DNA of 64,000 nt from a bacterium (lineage in GTDB: Bacteria; Planctomycetota; UBA1135; UBA2386): contig JANSXC010000003.1 in NCBI GenBank assembly GCA_024743115.1, positions 52,382-116,381 on the forward strand, in the 5' to 3' direction. The notes beneath the pieces were generated by a model. It made no database searches, was not told where the DNA came from, and saw only the letters and a program-made list of their open reading frames with translations. The position numbers were made by a program, and so were the translations under genes. Shown here one piece after another: positions 19,312-27,685 of this stretch (position 1 is the stretch's first letter; each line of letters begins with the position of its first letter).

Positions 19312-20362
19312 ACACGATATCTCACCCGCCGGCCTGCGCGCCCGGGCCCGCGACTTGCAACTCGACGCCGTACTCGGCGAAGCCGCTGGTGTGCTGCCCG
19401 CACCTGACCTGTCCGACCGGATCCTCGCGGCGATCACGACCCGCTCGCAAGCGCGGCCGCGCTCGACGAGGTCGCAGCGCTGGCTCGCTGCGGCCATCGT
19501 GATCCTCTCGGCCTCCGTCGTTGGCGGCATCGCCTGGCTCAAGCGCGCCGACAACTCCAGCCGTTACGTGACGGCACCGGTCGTCGTCGACCTCGAGCAG
19601 GATCCCAAACCCGCACCGGGCAAACCGCGCGGCGAGACGATCATCGCCGACTACAGCGACAATCGGATCTTCGGAGTCAACGGCAATGGGCAGGTGACGT
19701 TCAGCCTCGACGAGGTGTTCGGCGCCTGGGACGTCGAACCGCTGCCCAACGGCGATCTTCTAATCACGGAGTTCTCGGTCAGCCGCGTTCAGCGCGTAAC
19801 GCGCGAAGGCAAGCTCGTCTGGAAGTACGAGAACCTCAAGAATCCCTACTGCGCCCAGTTGCTGCCGACCGGCAACGTGCTCATCGCCGACACGTTCGCG
19901 AGCCGGGTCATCGAAGTGAAGCCCTCGCAAGACGGCCACGGTGGCGAGATCGTGTGGACCTACGACAAGGACGTCCGGCCGTTCGACGCCGAGCGACTCG
20001 CGAACGGCAACACGTTGATCGCGGACGTGATGAAGGACCGCATTATCGAGGTCGACAAGACCGGCAAGATCCTCTGGCAGGCGAAGAACATGCCCAACGT
20101 TCACGACGCGGACCGCCTCGCCAACGGCCACACGATCGCTGTGCTGCGGAACAAGGGCGAGGTCGTAGAGCTCGACAAGACCGGCAAGGTCATCCTGCGA
20201 CTGCGCAAACTCAGCTCCCCGAGTGACGTCGACATGCTGCCGCACGGCAACTTCCTGATCGCGGAAAACACCCGCGTTCGCGAGGTGACCCGCAAGGGCA
20301 AGACGGTCTGGCAGTGTGAAACGACGTGGGCCGTCGAAGCCAATCGACTGCCGCCGAAGTGA
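19304..20362 (+). CDS. putative anti-sigma factor: cytoplasmic helix, TM segment, extracytoplasmic beta-propeller
   Basis: Overlaps the ECF gene; LDAVLGE...PDLSDRIL; TM WLAAAIVILSASVVGGIAW; repeated D(A/V)xxLxNGxxLI...RVxEV..xGKxxW blades. Confidence 0.75.
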   Translation: MTEHDISPAGLRARARDLQLDAVLGEAAGVLPAPDLSDRILAAITTRSQARPRSTRSQRWLAAAIVILSASVVGGIAWLKRADNSSRYVTAPVVVDLEQDPKPAPGKPRGETIIADYSDNRIFGVNGNGQVTFSLDEVFGAWDVEPLPNGDLLITEFSVSRVQRVTREGKLVWKYENLKNPYCAQLLPTGNVLIADTFASRVIEVKPSQDGHGGEIVWTYDKDVRPFDAERLANGNTLIADVMKDRIIEVDKTGKILWQAKNMPNVHDADRLANGHTIAVLRNKGEVVELDKTGKVILRLRKLSSPSDVDMLPHGNFLIAENTRVREVTRKGKTVWQCETTWAVEANRLPPK

Positions 20363-20412
20363 CGGAACACGCACGCTGACACCAACGCCACCGCGCGCTA
20401 CCCTGCGCGCGC

Positions 20413-21855
20413 ATGACCGCCCCCGCCGCGACCACGACCCCTGGAATCCGCTGGTGGCACGCACTCCTGCTCTTCGCGGGCGCGCTCACCGCGTTCTTGC
20501 TGCTGCCGCAGCGCGGCGTGCACGGCGTCGACGGCAACACGTTCGCGGTCTGGGTCGAAGAGGGCAACACCGGCAACTACGCGCGTCACGCCGCTTACCT
20601 CTGGCTCTGCAGCCAGGTCTACTCGGTGTTCGAGAGCACCGGGATCACGGGTCATCAGGCACTGCTGATCACATCCGCACTCGGCAGCGCAACGGGTGTC
20701 CTGCTGCTGCTGTTCGCCTTCGCGCGACTGCTGCCGCGCGACGTGCCGCCGCTGCTCGGCGCCGCCGCTGCCCTCGCGACGCCGAGTTACTCCTACTTCG
20801 CGACGACAGGGGAGATCGCGGGGGTGCTCGCGGTCGGCGTCGGACTCACGTGGTGGCTGTTCGCGCGCTGGTGTGATCGCTCGACGTTCGCGCGCGTCGC
20901 TCTGCTCGGCATCGGGTGCGGCATCGCGGGCGCGATCCACGCCCTCGGCCACCTGCTCACGCCGGTGTTCGTGCTGACCGCGGCTTTCCTCGAACGCGCG
21001 CCGAAGCACGGACGCTTCCTGCAGCTCACGACGTTGTTCGGCTGCCACGTCGCGACCGCGGTCCTCCTGTCGACGCTGCTCGCCAGGGACGCCGCGGGAC
21101 AGGCGACCGACGCCGCCGACGTGATCGCCGAATACTGGGAAACGTTCGCGCCGCTCACCGCGCCGGCCGTGCTCTGGCGCGAGTGGTTCCTGCCGTTCCT
21201 GCCGTGGTCGGTCGGCGCGCTCGTGGCGCTGCTCAACCCGGTCCCGCGCCGCCTCGCGCTCGCGACCCTCGCGGCGGTGCTGCTCTACCTCGCGCCCAAC
21301 GTCGTGTTCCTCGGCTACTGGCAGATCGATGAACGCGGCGCCTACTTCGGCCCGCTGCTGCCGCTCGCGATCCTCACCGTGGCACACTCCGCGACGTTTC
21401 GGGCGTTCGTGGCCACGGCACTGGCAGGCCTCGTCATCACGGCGGTGGCCCTGGCCCCCGGCTGGCGCAACCCGGTGTCACCCGGTTTCGGCGCGGGCAT
21501 CGCCGAACTCAACGCCGAGCAGAAGATCGTGCTCATCGTCGCCAACCGCGAAGAGATCGCGGGCGCACGTTCGGCCGTTCGCGACCTCGTGCTCATGGAC
21601 ATCGCCGCCATCGTGAGCGCGCATCAACAGCAGCCCGAACCGACGCCGTTCCCGGCCTGGTTCGACACCTACCACGCGCAGATGACCGCGGCTGGGATGA
21701 GGACGATCGTCAGCGCGGCGACCGGCGCTCTCCTGACCACGACCGGACATCCCGGGCTCGCACCGTTTTGGAACGAGCACGTGCCGGCGAAGTACGAGCT
21801 CGTGCCGATCGAGCGGCAGGGCTTCCGCGGCACGCTGCTGCGGCCGCGGAAGTAG
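20413..21855 (+). CDS. polytopic membrane protein (possible GT-C-fold glycan-modifying protein)
   Basis: About 11 hydrophobic segments and a soluble C-terminus; acidic DG after TM1. Function is inferred only. Confidence 0.6.
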   Translation: MTAPAATTTPGIRWWHALLLFAGALTAFLLLPQRGVHGVDGNTFAVWVEEGNTGNYARHAAYLWLCSQVYSVFESTGITGHQALLITSALGSATGVLLLLFAFARLLPRDVPPLLGAAAALATPSYSYFATTGEIAGVLAVGVGLTWWLFARWCDRSTFARVALLGIGCGIAGAIHALGHLLTPVFVLTAAFLERAPKHGRFLQLTTLFGCHVATAVLLSTLLARDAAGQATDAADVIAEYWETFAPLTAPAVLWREWFLPFLPWSVGALVALLNPVPRRLALATLAAVLLYLAPNVVFLGYWQIDERGAYFGPLLPLAILTVAHSATFRAFVATALAGLVITAVALAPGWRNPVSPGFGAGIAELNAEQKIVLIVANREEIAGARSAVRDLVLMDIAAIVSAHQQQPEPTPFPAWFDTYHAQMTAAGMRTIVSAATGALLTTTGHPGLAPFWNEHVPAKYELVPIERQGFRGTLLRPRK

Positions 21856-21891
21856 GGCGCGCTCACCGGCCGCGTCGGCTATCGGCCGCGG

Positions 21892-23973
21892 CTATCGCGG
21901 GCGCCCGGCTTCATCGAGCGCGAAGCCGAGGAAGTCGAGCCAGCCCGCCGTCCACTCGGTGGCGGCGCCGCTCAACGTGTGCTCCGCGACCGACTCGCCC
22001 GTCTTCGGATCGACGACGACGTAGAATGGCAGCGTGAGCGTCCCTTCGCCGATCTCGTCGCGCGCCTTCTGGTTGGCGGCCCACTGGGCATCGGTAAGGT
22101 AGCTCTGCGAGTCGACGTGCAGACGGGCTTCGACGAAGTGCTTTTTCATGAGATCGGCGACCGCCGGATCTCGGAAGACAGTGCCTTCCATGCCACGGCA
22201 ACTGCCTCAATTGAAGCCCGTGAAGTTGTAGATCAGCAGCTTGTCGTCGGCCTGTGCGACCTGCACCGCCTGCATCGGGTCGTCCTTGACGATCGTGTGG
22301 CCCTTGGCCTTGGCGGTGCCGCCGCCACTCCCACCGCCGCCCTCGGCCAGCGGACCGACGTATTCGGCGTGGTAGGGCGGGATGAAGGTCGTGGTCAGGA
22401 AGTCCATGCGCTGACCACCGGCACCCTGGAACAGGTAGACGGCGAACAGCGTGACGAACATGCCGATGGCCTGGCGCGAGGCGCTGACGCCGGCATAGGA
22501 CTCGCCCTTCTTGGGCAGGAAGCCGAACAGGAACAGCGCCCAGAACAGCAGGATCGTCGCGGTCAGCGCGAGGTAGAGCTCGCGGTTCAAGAACTGCCAG
22601 CCGAGCGCAATGTCGACGACCGAGATGAACTTCAGCGCCGCGGCGAGCTCGACGAAGCCGAGTGACACCTTGAGCGTGTTCATCCATTCGCCCGACTTCG
22701 GCATCGCCTTCACCTTGGTCGGCAGCAGCGCGAGCGTGACGAACGGGATCGCCATCGTGAGGCCGAAGATCGCCATGCCGAAGCCAACACGGAACGAGCC
22801 GTATTGCGCCGTGCTCGCGAGCAGCGTGCCGACGATCGGCGCCGTGCAGGTGAACGATGTGATCACGAGCACCGCACCCATGAAGAACACGCCCGCAAGG
22901 CCGCCGGCGCGACCTGCGCCTCCCGCGGCGTTCTGCAGGAAACGCGGCGGCTGCAGGTTGATCCAGCCGAACAGCGCGAACGCGAAGATCACGAAAAACG
23001 CGCCAATGATCAGGTTGGTCGCCCAGTGGTTCACGAACGGCTGGATGACCTGCGCGGCGAGCACGCCGACCACGACGAAGATCGTGATGATGCCCGCGCC
23101 GTAGGTCAGCGCGAGCGGCAGCACGTTGCCGCCACGCGCCTCGGCCTGCTTGGTGAAGAACGAGAACGTGATCGGGATCATCGGGTAGGTGCACGGCATC
23201 GCGAGCGCGAACAGCCCGCCACCGATGCACGCGAGGATCAAGGCCCACCACGAATCGAACGGGCCGCCCGGCTTACCGGTCGCGGCTTCGTTACCTTCGG
23301 CCTCGCCAGCCGGTGCGGTGCCGACACCGCCGCCTTCACCGTTGCCGGCTGCACCGGCGCCTTCACCGTTGCCGGCTGCACCGGCGCCTTCACCCTGCTC
23401 GCCGGTTTCACCCTCACCACCCGACCCGGCACTCGGTGCGTCCGCGTACTCGGCCCGGACGTCACCCGCCTCGATCGTGAGCTTGCCGGAGAACGCGGCC
23501 TCGGCTGGCGCCTTGCACGAGGTCTCGTCGCAGACCTGGTAGTCGAACGTGCCCGACACCTCGGCTTCGCCAGCCGCCATTCCGACAGGCACCTTCACGA
23601 CCTGCGTCACCTCGAAGTACTCGGGCAACGGATAGCTCAGCATCCCGAGCGTTTCCTTCTCGTCACCCGGTGGGATCTCGGGCTCGCCGACCGGCTCGAG
23701 GCCACCGAACTCGATGTTCTCGTGCGACAGACTGACGGGAACGTTCGTGGTCTCGAGGAAACCGTAGGCGTGCCAGCCCGGCGTCGTCGTCGCCTCGAGG
23801 ATCAGCTTGACGTGCTCGCCGGCACGTGCGGTCGCCGGCTCGAACCGAACCGCGAGAACCAGGTCCTCGGACTCGAGCTGCAGCCCGGGTTTGAGCTGGC
23901 CCTGGGCGAGGGCAGGCATGAGCAGGGCCAACAGCAGACCCGGCATCAGGAGCATGCGAAGCGTCGTATTCAT
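21892..23973 (-). CDS. dsbD: thiol:disulfide interchange protein DsbD, probable selenoprotein (in-frame TGA at 22207-22209, UxxC)
   Basis: Signal peptide; alpha domain YQVCDETSC; TM domain MPCTYPMIPIT and SFTCTAPIVG; MPKSGEWMN; thioredoxin domain YNFTGFN-TGA-GSCRGME continues in frame to TAG 21892-21894 (693 aa total). Confidence 0.9.
22150..22172 (-). promoter_or_regulatory. candidate bacterial SECIS hairpin
   Basis: mRNA GAGAUC-C-GGC-GGUC-GCC-GAUCUC: 6-bp stem, bulged pyrimidine, 3-bp stem and GGUC loop, 35-57 nt after the UGA. Confidence 0.55.
23331..23394. repeat. 27-bp tandem repeat (about 2.4 copies) encoding the GEGAGAAGN linker of DsbD
   Basis: CGCCTTCACCGTTGCCGGCTGCACCGG x2 plus CGCCTTCACC. 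Confidence 0.9.
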
Positions 23974-24080
23974 GTGGCGCGGGGATGATACGAAGCCACT
24001 GCGTCAGGTTGCGCAGAACTTCGAGCCGCGCCGGTTTCCGCGCCCCAGCCGGCCGGCCGCGGCCGCCACCCGCACGGGCG

Positions 24081-26915
24081 CTACTTGCCCGCGCGAAGGT
24101 GGATTCGCGTGATTGCGGCCGTCGCGGCCGCCGCGACCTCGGCGTCCTTCTCCGCACTCCAATCGATCAGGAACGGGAGTGCCTCAGGCGCGCCGAGCAC
24201 GCCGAGCGACTTGATCGCGAGCAACCGCTGCTTCTTCGGATGCCCCGGCTTGCTCTGCAGCAGCAGCTTCTCGGCGGCCGATGCCGGCGAGGCATCGAGC
24301 CCCTTGAGAACGCGATCCCAGTGCGCCTGTTGTTCGTGGTAGAAGCGGATCCGCGTGAGAGACTCGGCGGCGACCGTGCGCACGCCCGGCCCCTCGTCGC
24401 GCAGCAAGGCGATGAGTTGCGGCACCGCGCGCTTGCTCACGATCTGCCCGAAGAACTGCGCCGCTTCGTGCCGCACCCCAGTGTCGGTATCGCCAAGCAA
24501 CGGCAGGATCACCGACTCGGCTTTGGCACCGAGCGCCGTCGCCCCCTCGATCGCGGCGCGGCGCGCGCCGGCTGCCGGGTTGCGAACCAAACGCTCGAGC
24601 AGATCCTTGGTGATGCGATCTTCCGAACGGACCAACAATCGCGCTGCCTGCTTCGCGATCTGAGCCGAGGGCGAATCCAGCAGGGCCTCGATCGCCGCTC
24701 GGAACGGCTCGATGTGCGAGATCGACAACTGGTGGATCAATCGATGGCACGGCCGCGAGTCGGACTCCCGGAGCACGCCAGCGATCCACGAGGTGAACAC
24801 GCGCTTTTGGGGCGAGTCAGGCTCGGCTACCGCCCAGCGCTCGAGCGCGGAACTCACCCAAGCAGCCTCCGTCGCCTTCATGTCGTCGATCGCGAGTGCC
24901 CGCGATGCGAGCGCGATGAAGTTGCGGTCCGGGATCAGATCGAGCGAGTAGGCGTTCGTGAAGAGCGCACTCCCGAACCCGAACTCCGTCACCTTCACGA
25001 TGGCCTGCTCGACCCGTTCCGGGGTGTAGCCGTGCGGTGGGTAGTCGGAGCTGGGGCCATACAAGAGATATTGGATCGGCGTGATCGAGGGTACGCGCTC
25101 GGTTTCGGCATACGGATGCCTCACCGAACCGTGCGACATGTTCGGACGAATCAAGTCCAGCGCCTCGATGTCACCCATCGCCATGAGCGCGAGCAACGGT
25201 CGCGGATTGCGGCTACGCGCGGACTCGGATGCGATCCCACGCAGTGCGCGACGCACGCTCTCCGAACGATCATGACGCCCGAGTTCGACGAGCGCGCGAG
25301 CAGCCCAGTCCTTCTTCGGCTGCTTCTGCCACATCGTGAAGATCCAGTCTGGGGCCTCCGGATGGCCGGTCAGAGCCATCGGCCAGGCATAGGCCGAGGA
25401 TCCGGGAACCTCTTCACGGTTCGCCGCGGCCCGCTCACGCAGCACGGGGAAGACCTCGCGCGGCAGCGATTTCGCACCGGCCAGGATGTCGAGAATCCCG
25501 TAGATGCGATGCTTTGAACCGCTCACCAGCTTCGCGATCGCCACCGCGTTCTCGTCGGTCACGCGTCCTCGCAGCGGCTCCCATGCGCTGGCTCCCCGAT
25601 TGATCCAGTCGATCACCTGCGCCTCACAACCGGGGCCGTGATCCACGGCGATCACGGTCGCCATCTGACTCAGCCAACGCTCACGCTGCGGCGAGATCTC
25701 CGCGTCAAAGCGCCCCATGCGCTGCACGCACGCGTCAACCGCGGGAACCAGACGGCGGGCCTCCTCGGCGGTGAAACGACCGAACTTGAGGTCCGGGGTC
25801 TGCAGCCCGAACGAAGTCGGCACCGTCAACAGGTTCGCCAGCAGCAGCTCGACCCCGGCCGTCGACTGCTGCGAGGTCCTGGTCGTGAGGAACTGGAGCG
25901 CCGCGCTGGCAAGCTCGGGGTTGGTGCTCTGCAGGATCCGCCGCACGCGCTCGTGCAGCGCCGCGAGCGGCCCACTCGACAACGTCCGGGGGTTTCTGGC
26001 CCACGAGAACACGGCCAGCAGCGCCGAGGGCGGCCCTTCGAGCGCCGCGTTGACGATGCGATCCGGATCGAGGCGGTCGCCGAGACTCTTCCCGCGTTGC
26101 GGCTTGCTGGTCAGAACCGCGCGATTGACCGCGGCATCCGCGCTCGCATCGGCGAGATAGCGCGTGGCCAGCGCGACCATCGGCTCGCTCTCGGCCTGAA
26201 ACGCCGACAGCGCCACGCATTGCCGGAAGAACTCGTTCTCCACGCTGACACCGGCAGCGAGGTAGTCCGCGGCGGACTGCCCTCCCACGCGCCACAGAAA
26301 CCCGGCCAACCCGGCAACGTAGCAACCGAACGCAGATGCGAGCGGCGAACGATCACTGACGGTCGTGGTCTCTTGCTTTTGCAAGCGCGCAATGACCTCC
26401 GGCACGGCGGCCTCGCCGATCCAGAGGAGTTGCCGCGCGAGTTCGGGGTCTTCGATACCGGGCAACGGACCATGCCACGTGGGGGCCTTGAAGTGCCACA
26501 TCTGCTCCAACAGCTTCCGCGCCCGCACGCGCAGCTGCTTCTGCCGTTCGACGTCCTGCTTCGCGCCCCCCGCGGCGTCGACGTCGACGAGCTTGGAGTT
26601 CACGGCCGCCTGCAGGAACGGTGCCGCGTCGCCCTTGCGCCCGAGCCGCTGCAACAGGAGCCCGAGCCGCAGATTGGTATACGCCCGATCCGCGGCCGAG
26701 ATCCCGTCTGTGGCGAGCGCCGACCGATAGAGCTTCTCGGCACGCGCCAGGTCGCCCTCCTGCTCCTCGACGGCGACGGCGGCGGCCACCTGGGCGCCGA
26801 GCTGTGCCTTGGGGGCGCTGGGAGCCGCCGGCGTGGCCTTCTGGCCTTGGGGAAGCGCGGGCGACGCGAGCTGGAGCGCGGCGAACGCGAACACGACTGC
26901 GGTGGTGTTTCTCAT
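24081..26915 (-). CDS. large secreted TPR/HEAT-repeat protein
   Basis: Signal peptide; EEQEGDLARAEKLY (TPR-like); C-terminal HEAT repeats LLGDTDTGVRHEAAQFFGQ, LLRDEGPGVRTVAAESL. Confidence 0.8.
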   Translation of the reverse strand: MRNTTAVVFAFAALQLASPALPQGQKATPAAPSAPKAQLGAQVAAAVAVEEQEGDLARAEKLYRSALATDGISAADRAYTNLRLGLLLQRLGRKGDAAPFLQAAVNSKLVDVDAAGGAKQDVERQKQLRVRARKLLEQMWHFKAPTWHGPLPGIEDPELARQLLWIGEAAVPEVIARLQKQETTTVSDRSPLASAFGCYVAGLAGFLWRVGGQSAADYLAAGVSVENEFFRQCVALSAFQAESEPMVALATRYLADASADAAVNRAVLTSKPQRGKSLGDRLDPDRIVNAALEGPPSALLAVFSWARNPRTLSSGPLAALHERVRRILQSTNPELASAALQFLTTRTSQQSTAGVELLLANLLTVPTSFGLQTPDLKFGRFTAEEARRLVPAVDACVQRMGRFDAEISPQRERWLSQMATVIAVDHGPGCEAQVIDWINRGASAWEPLRGRVTDENAVAIAKLVSGSKHRIYGILDILAGAKSLPREVFPVLRERAAANREEVPGSSAYAWPMALTGHPEAPDWIFTMWQKQPKKDWAARALVELGRHDRSESVRRALRGIASESARSRNPRPLLALMAMGDIEALDLIRPNMSHGSVRHPYAETERVPSITPIQYLLYGPSSDYPPHGYTPERVEQAIVKVTEFGFGSALFTNAYSLDLIPDRNFIALASRALAIDDMKATEAAWVSSALERWAVAEPDSPQKRVFTSWIAGVLRESDSRPCHRLIHQLSISHIEPFRAAIEALLDSPSAQIAKQAARLLVRSEDRITKDLLERLVRNPAAGARRAAIEGATALGAKAESVILPLLGDTDTGVRHEAAQFFGQIVSKRAVPQLIALLRDEGPGVRTVAAESLTRIRFYHEQQAHWDRVLKGLDASPASAAEKLLLQSKPGHPKKQRLLAIKSLGVLGAPEALPFLIDWSAEKDAEVAAAATAAITRIHLRAGK

Positions 26916-26959
26916 GATGATCAAGAGACCCGTTCTTCGGCGTGCTCCGGTCCGTGCGC

Positions 26960-26987
26960 GGTCAATTCGATGTCAAGCACTTGTCAA
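26960..26987 (-). promoter_or_regulatory. three direct repeats with 11-bp period (TTGAC on minus strand) upstream of the HEAT gene; OmpR/PhoB-type binding site candidate
   Basis: GTCAA starts at 26961, 26972 and 26983. Confidence 0.6.
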
Positions 26988-27685
26988 CGCTCCCCGTTTG
27001 CCACGACGAGCCGATAGCCGATCCCGTGCACGGTGAGCAGATGGCGCGGCCGCTTGCTGTCGCGTTCGAGCTTCTGCCGCAGGTTGAGCATGTGTGTGTC
27101 GATCGTGCGGTCGCCGACGAACTGGTCGTCGCCCCAGACCTCGCGCAGGAACCGGGCGCGCGACACCGCGCGCCCCTGCTCACGCCACAACAGCCCGAGC
27201 ATGCCCGCCTCCTTGGGCGACAGCGCGTGCGACTGCCCGCCGCGCACCAGAGTGAACGCGGCGAGATCGATCTCGACCTCGCCGATCGTGAACTGCTGTG
27301 CGGTAACGACCTCGTTGCGCTCGTGTCGCCGCAACATCGCCTTGACGCGCGCAATGAGCTCTCTGAGCGAGAACGGCTTGCTGACGTAATCGTCTGCGCC
27401 GAGCTCGAGACCGAGGACCTTGTCACCTTCCTCACCGCGAGCCGTCAACAGCAGGGCCGGAGTGTCGGGATCGCGCTCACGCAGTTCGCGCAGCAACTCG
27501 AGCCCGCTCGGCCCCGGCAACATGACGTCGAGGATCACGAGATCGAACCGCTGTTCACGCAGCGCCGCACGGCCTTCGTGACCGTCTGCCGCCGCGGTCA
27601 CGTCATAGCCCTCGCCTTCGAACGCATCGGTCAATGCGATGCGCAACGTGCCGTCGTCTTCGACGAGCAGGAGTCGAAACTTCAT
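26984..27685 (-). CDS. OmpR/PhoB-family response regulator
   Basis: LLVEDD, ILDVMLP, LTAR, GADDYVSKPF, winged-helix RTIDTHMLNLRQKLE...TVHGIGY. ATGA overlap with the kinase gene. Confidence 0.95.
   Translation of the reverse strand: MKFRLLLVEDDGTLRIALTDAFEGEGYDVTAAADGHEGRAALREQRFDLVILDVMLPGPSGLELLRELRERDPDTPALLLTARGEEGDKVLGLELGADDYVSKPFSLRELIARVKAMLRRHERNEVVTAQQFTIGEVEIDLAAFTLVRGGQSHALSPKEAGMLGLLWREQGRAVSRARFLREVWGDDQFVGDRTIDTHMLNLRQKLERDSKRPRHLLTVHGIGYRLVVANGER

Noticed and set aside
17059-19554. 831-aa ORF overlapping the ECF sigma gene on the opposite strand
   Set aside because: The first ~300 codons are the antisense shadow of the ECF and anti-sigma genes; the real protein begins near its TM segment at about 18645.
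23331-23394. 27-bp tandem repeat as a regulatory or mobile repeat
   Set aside because: It is in frame and simply encodes a flexible Gly/Ala/Glu linker of DsbD.
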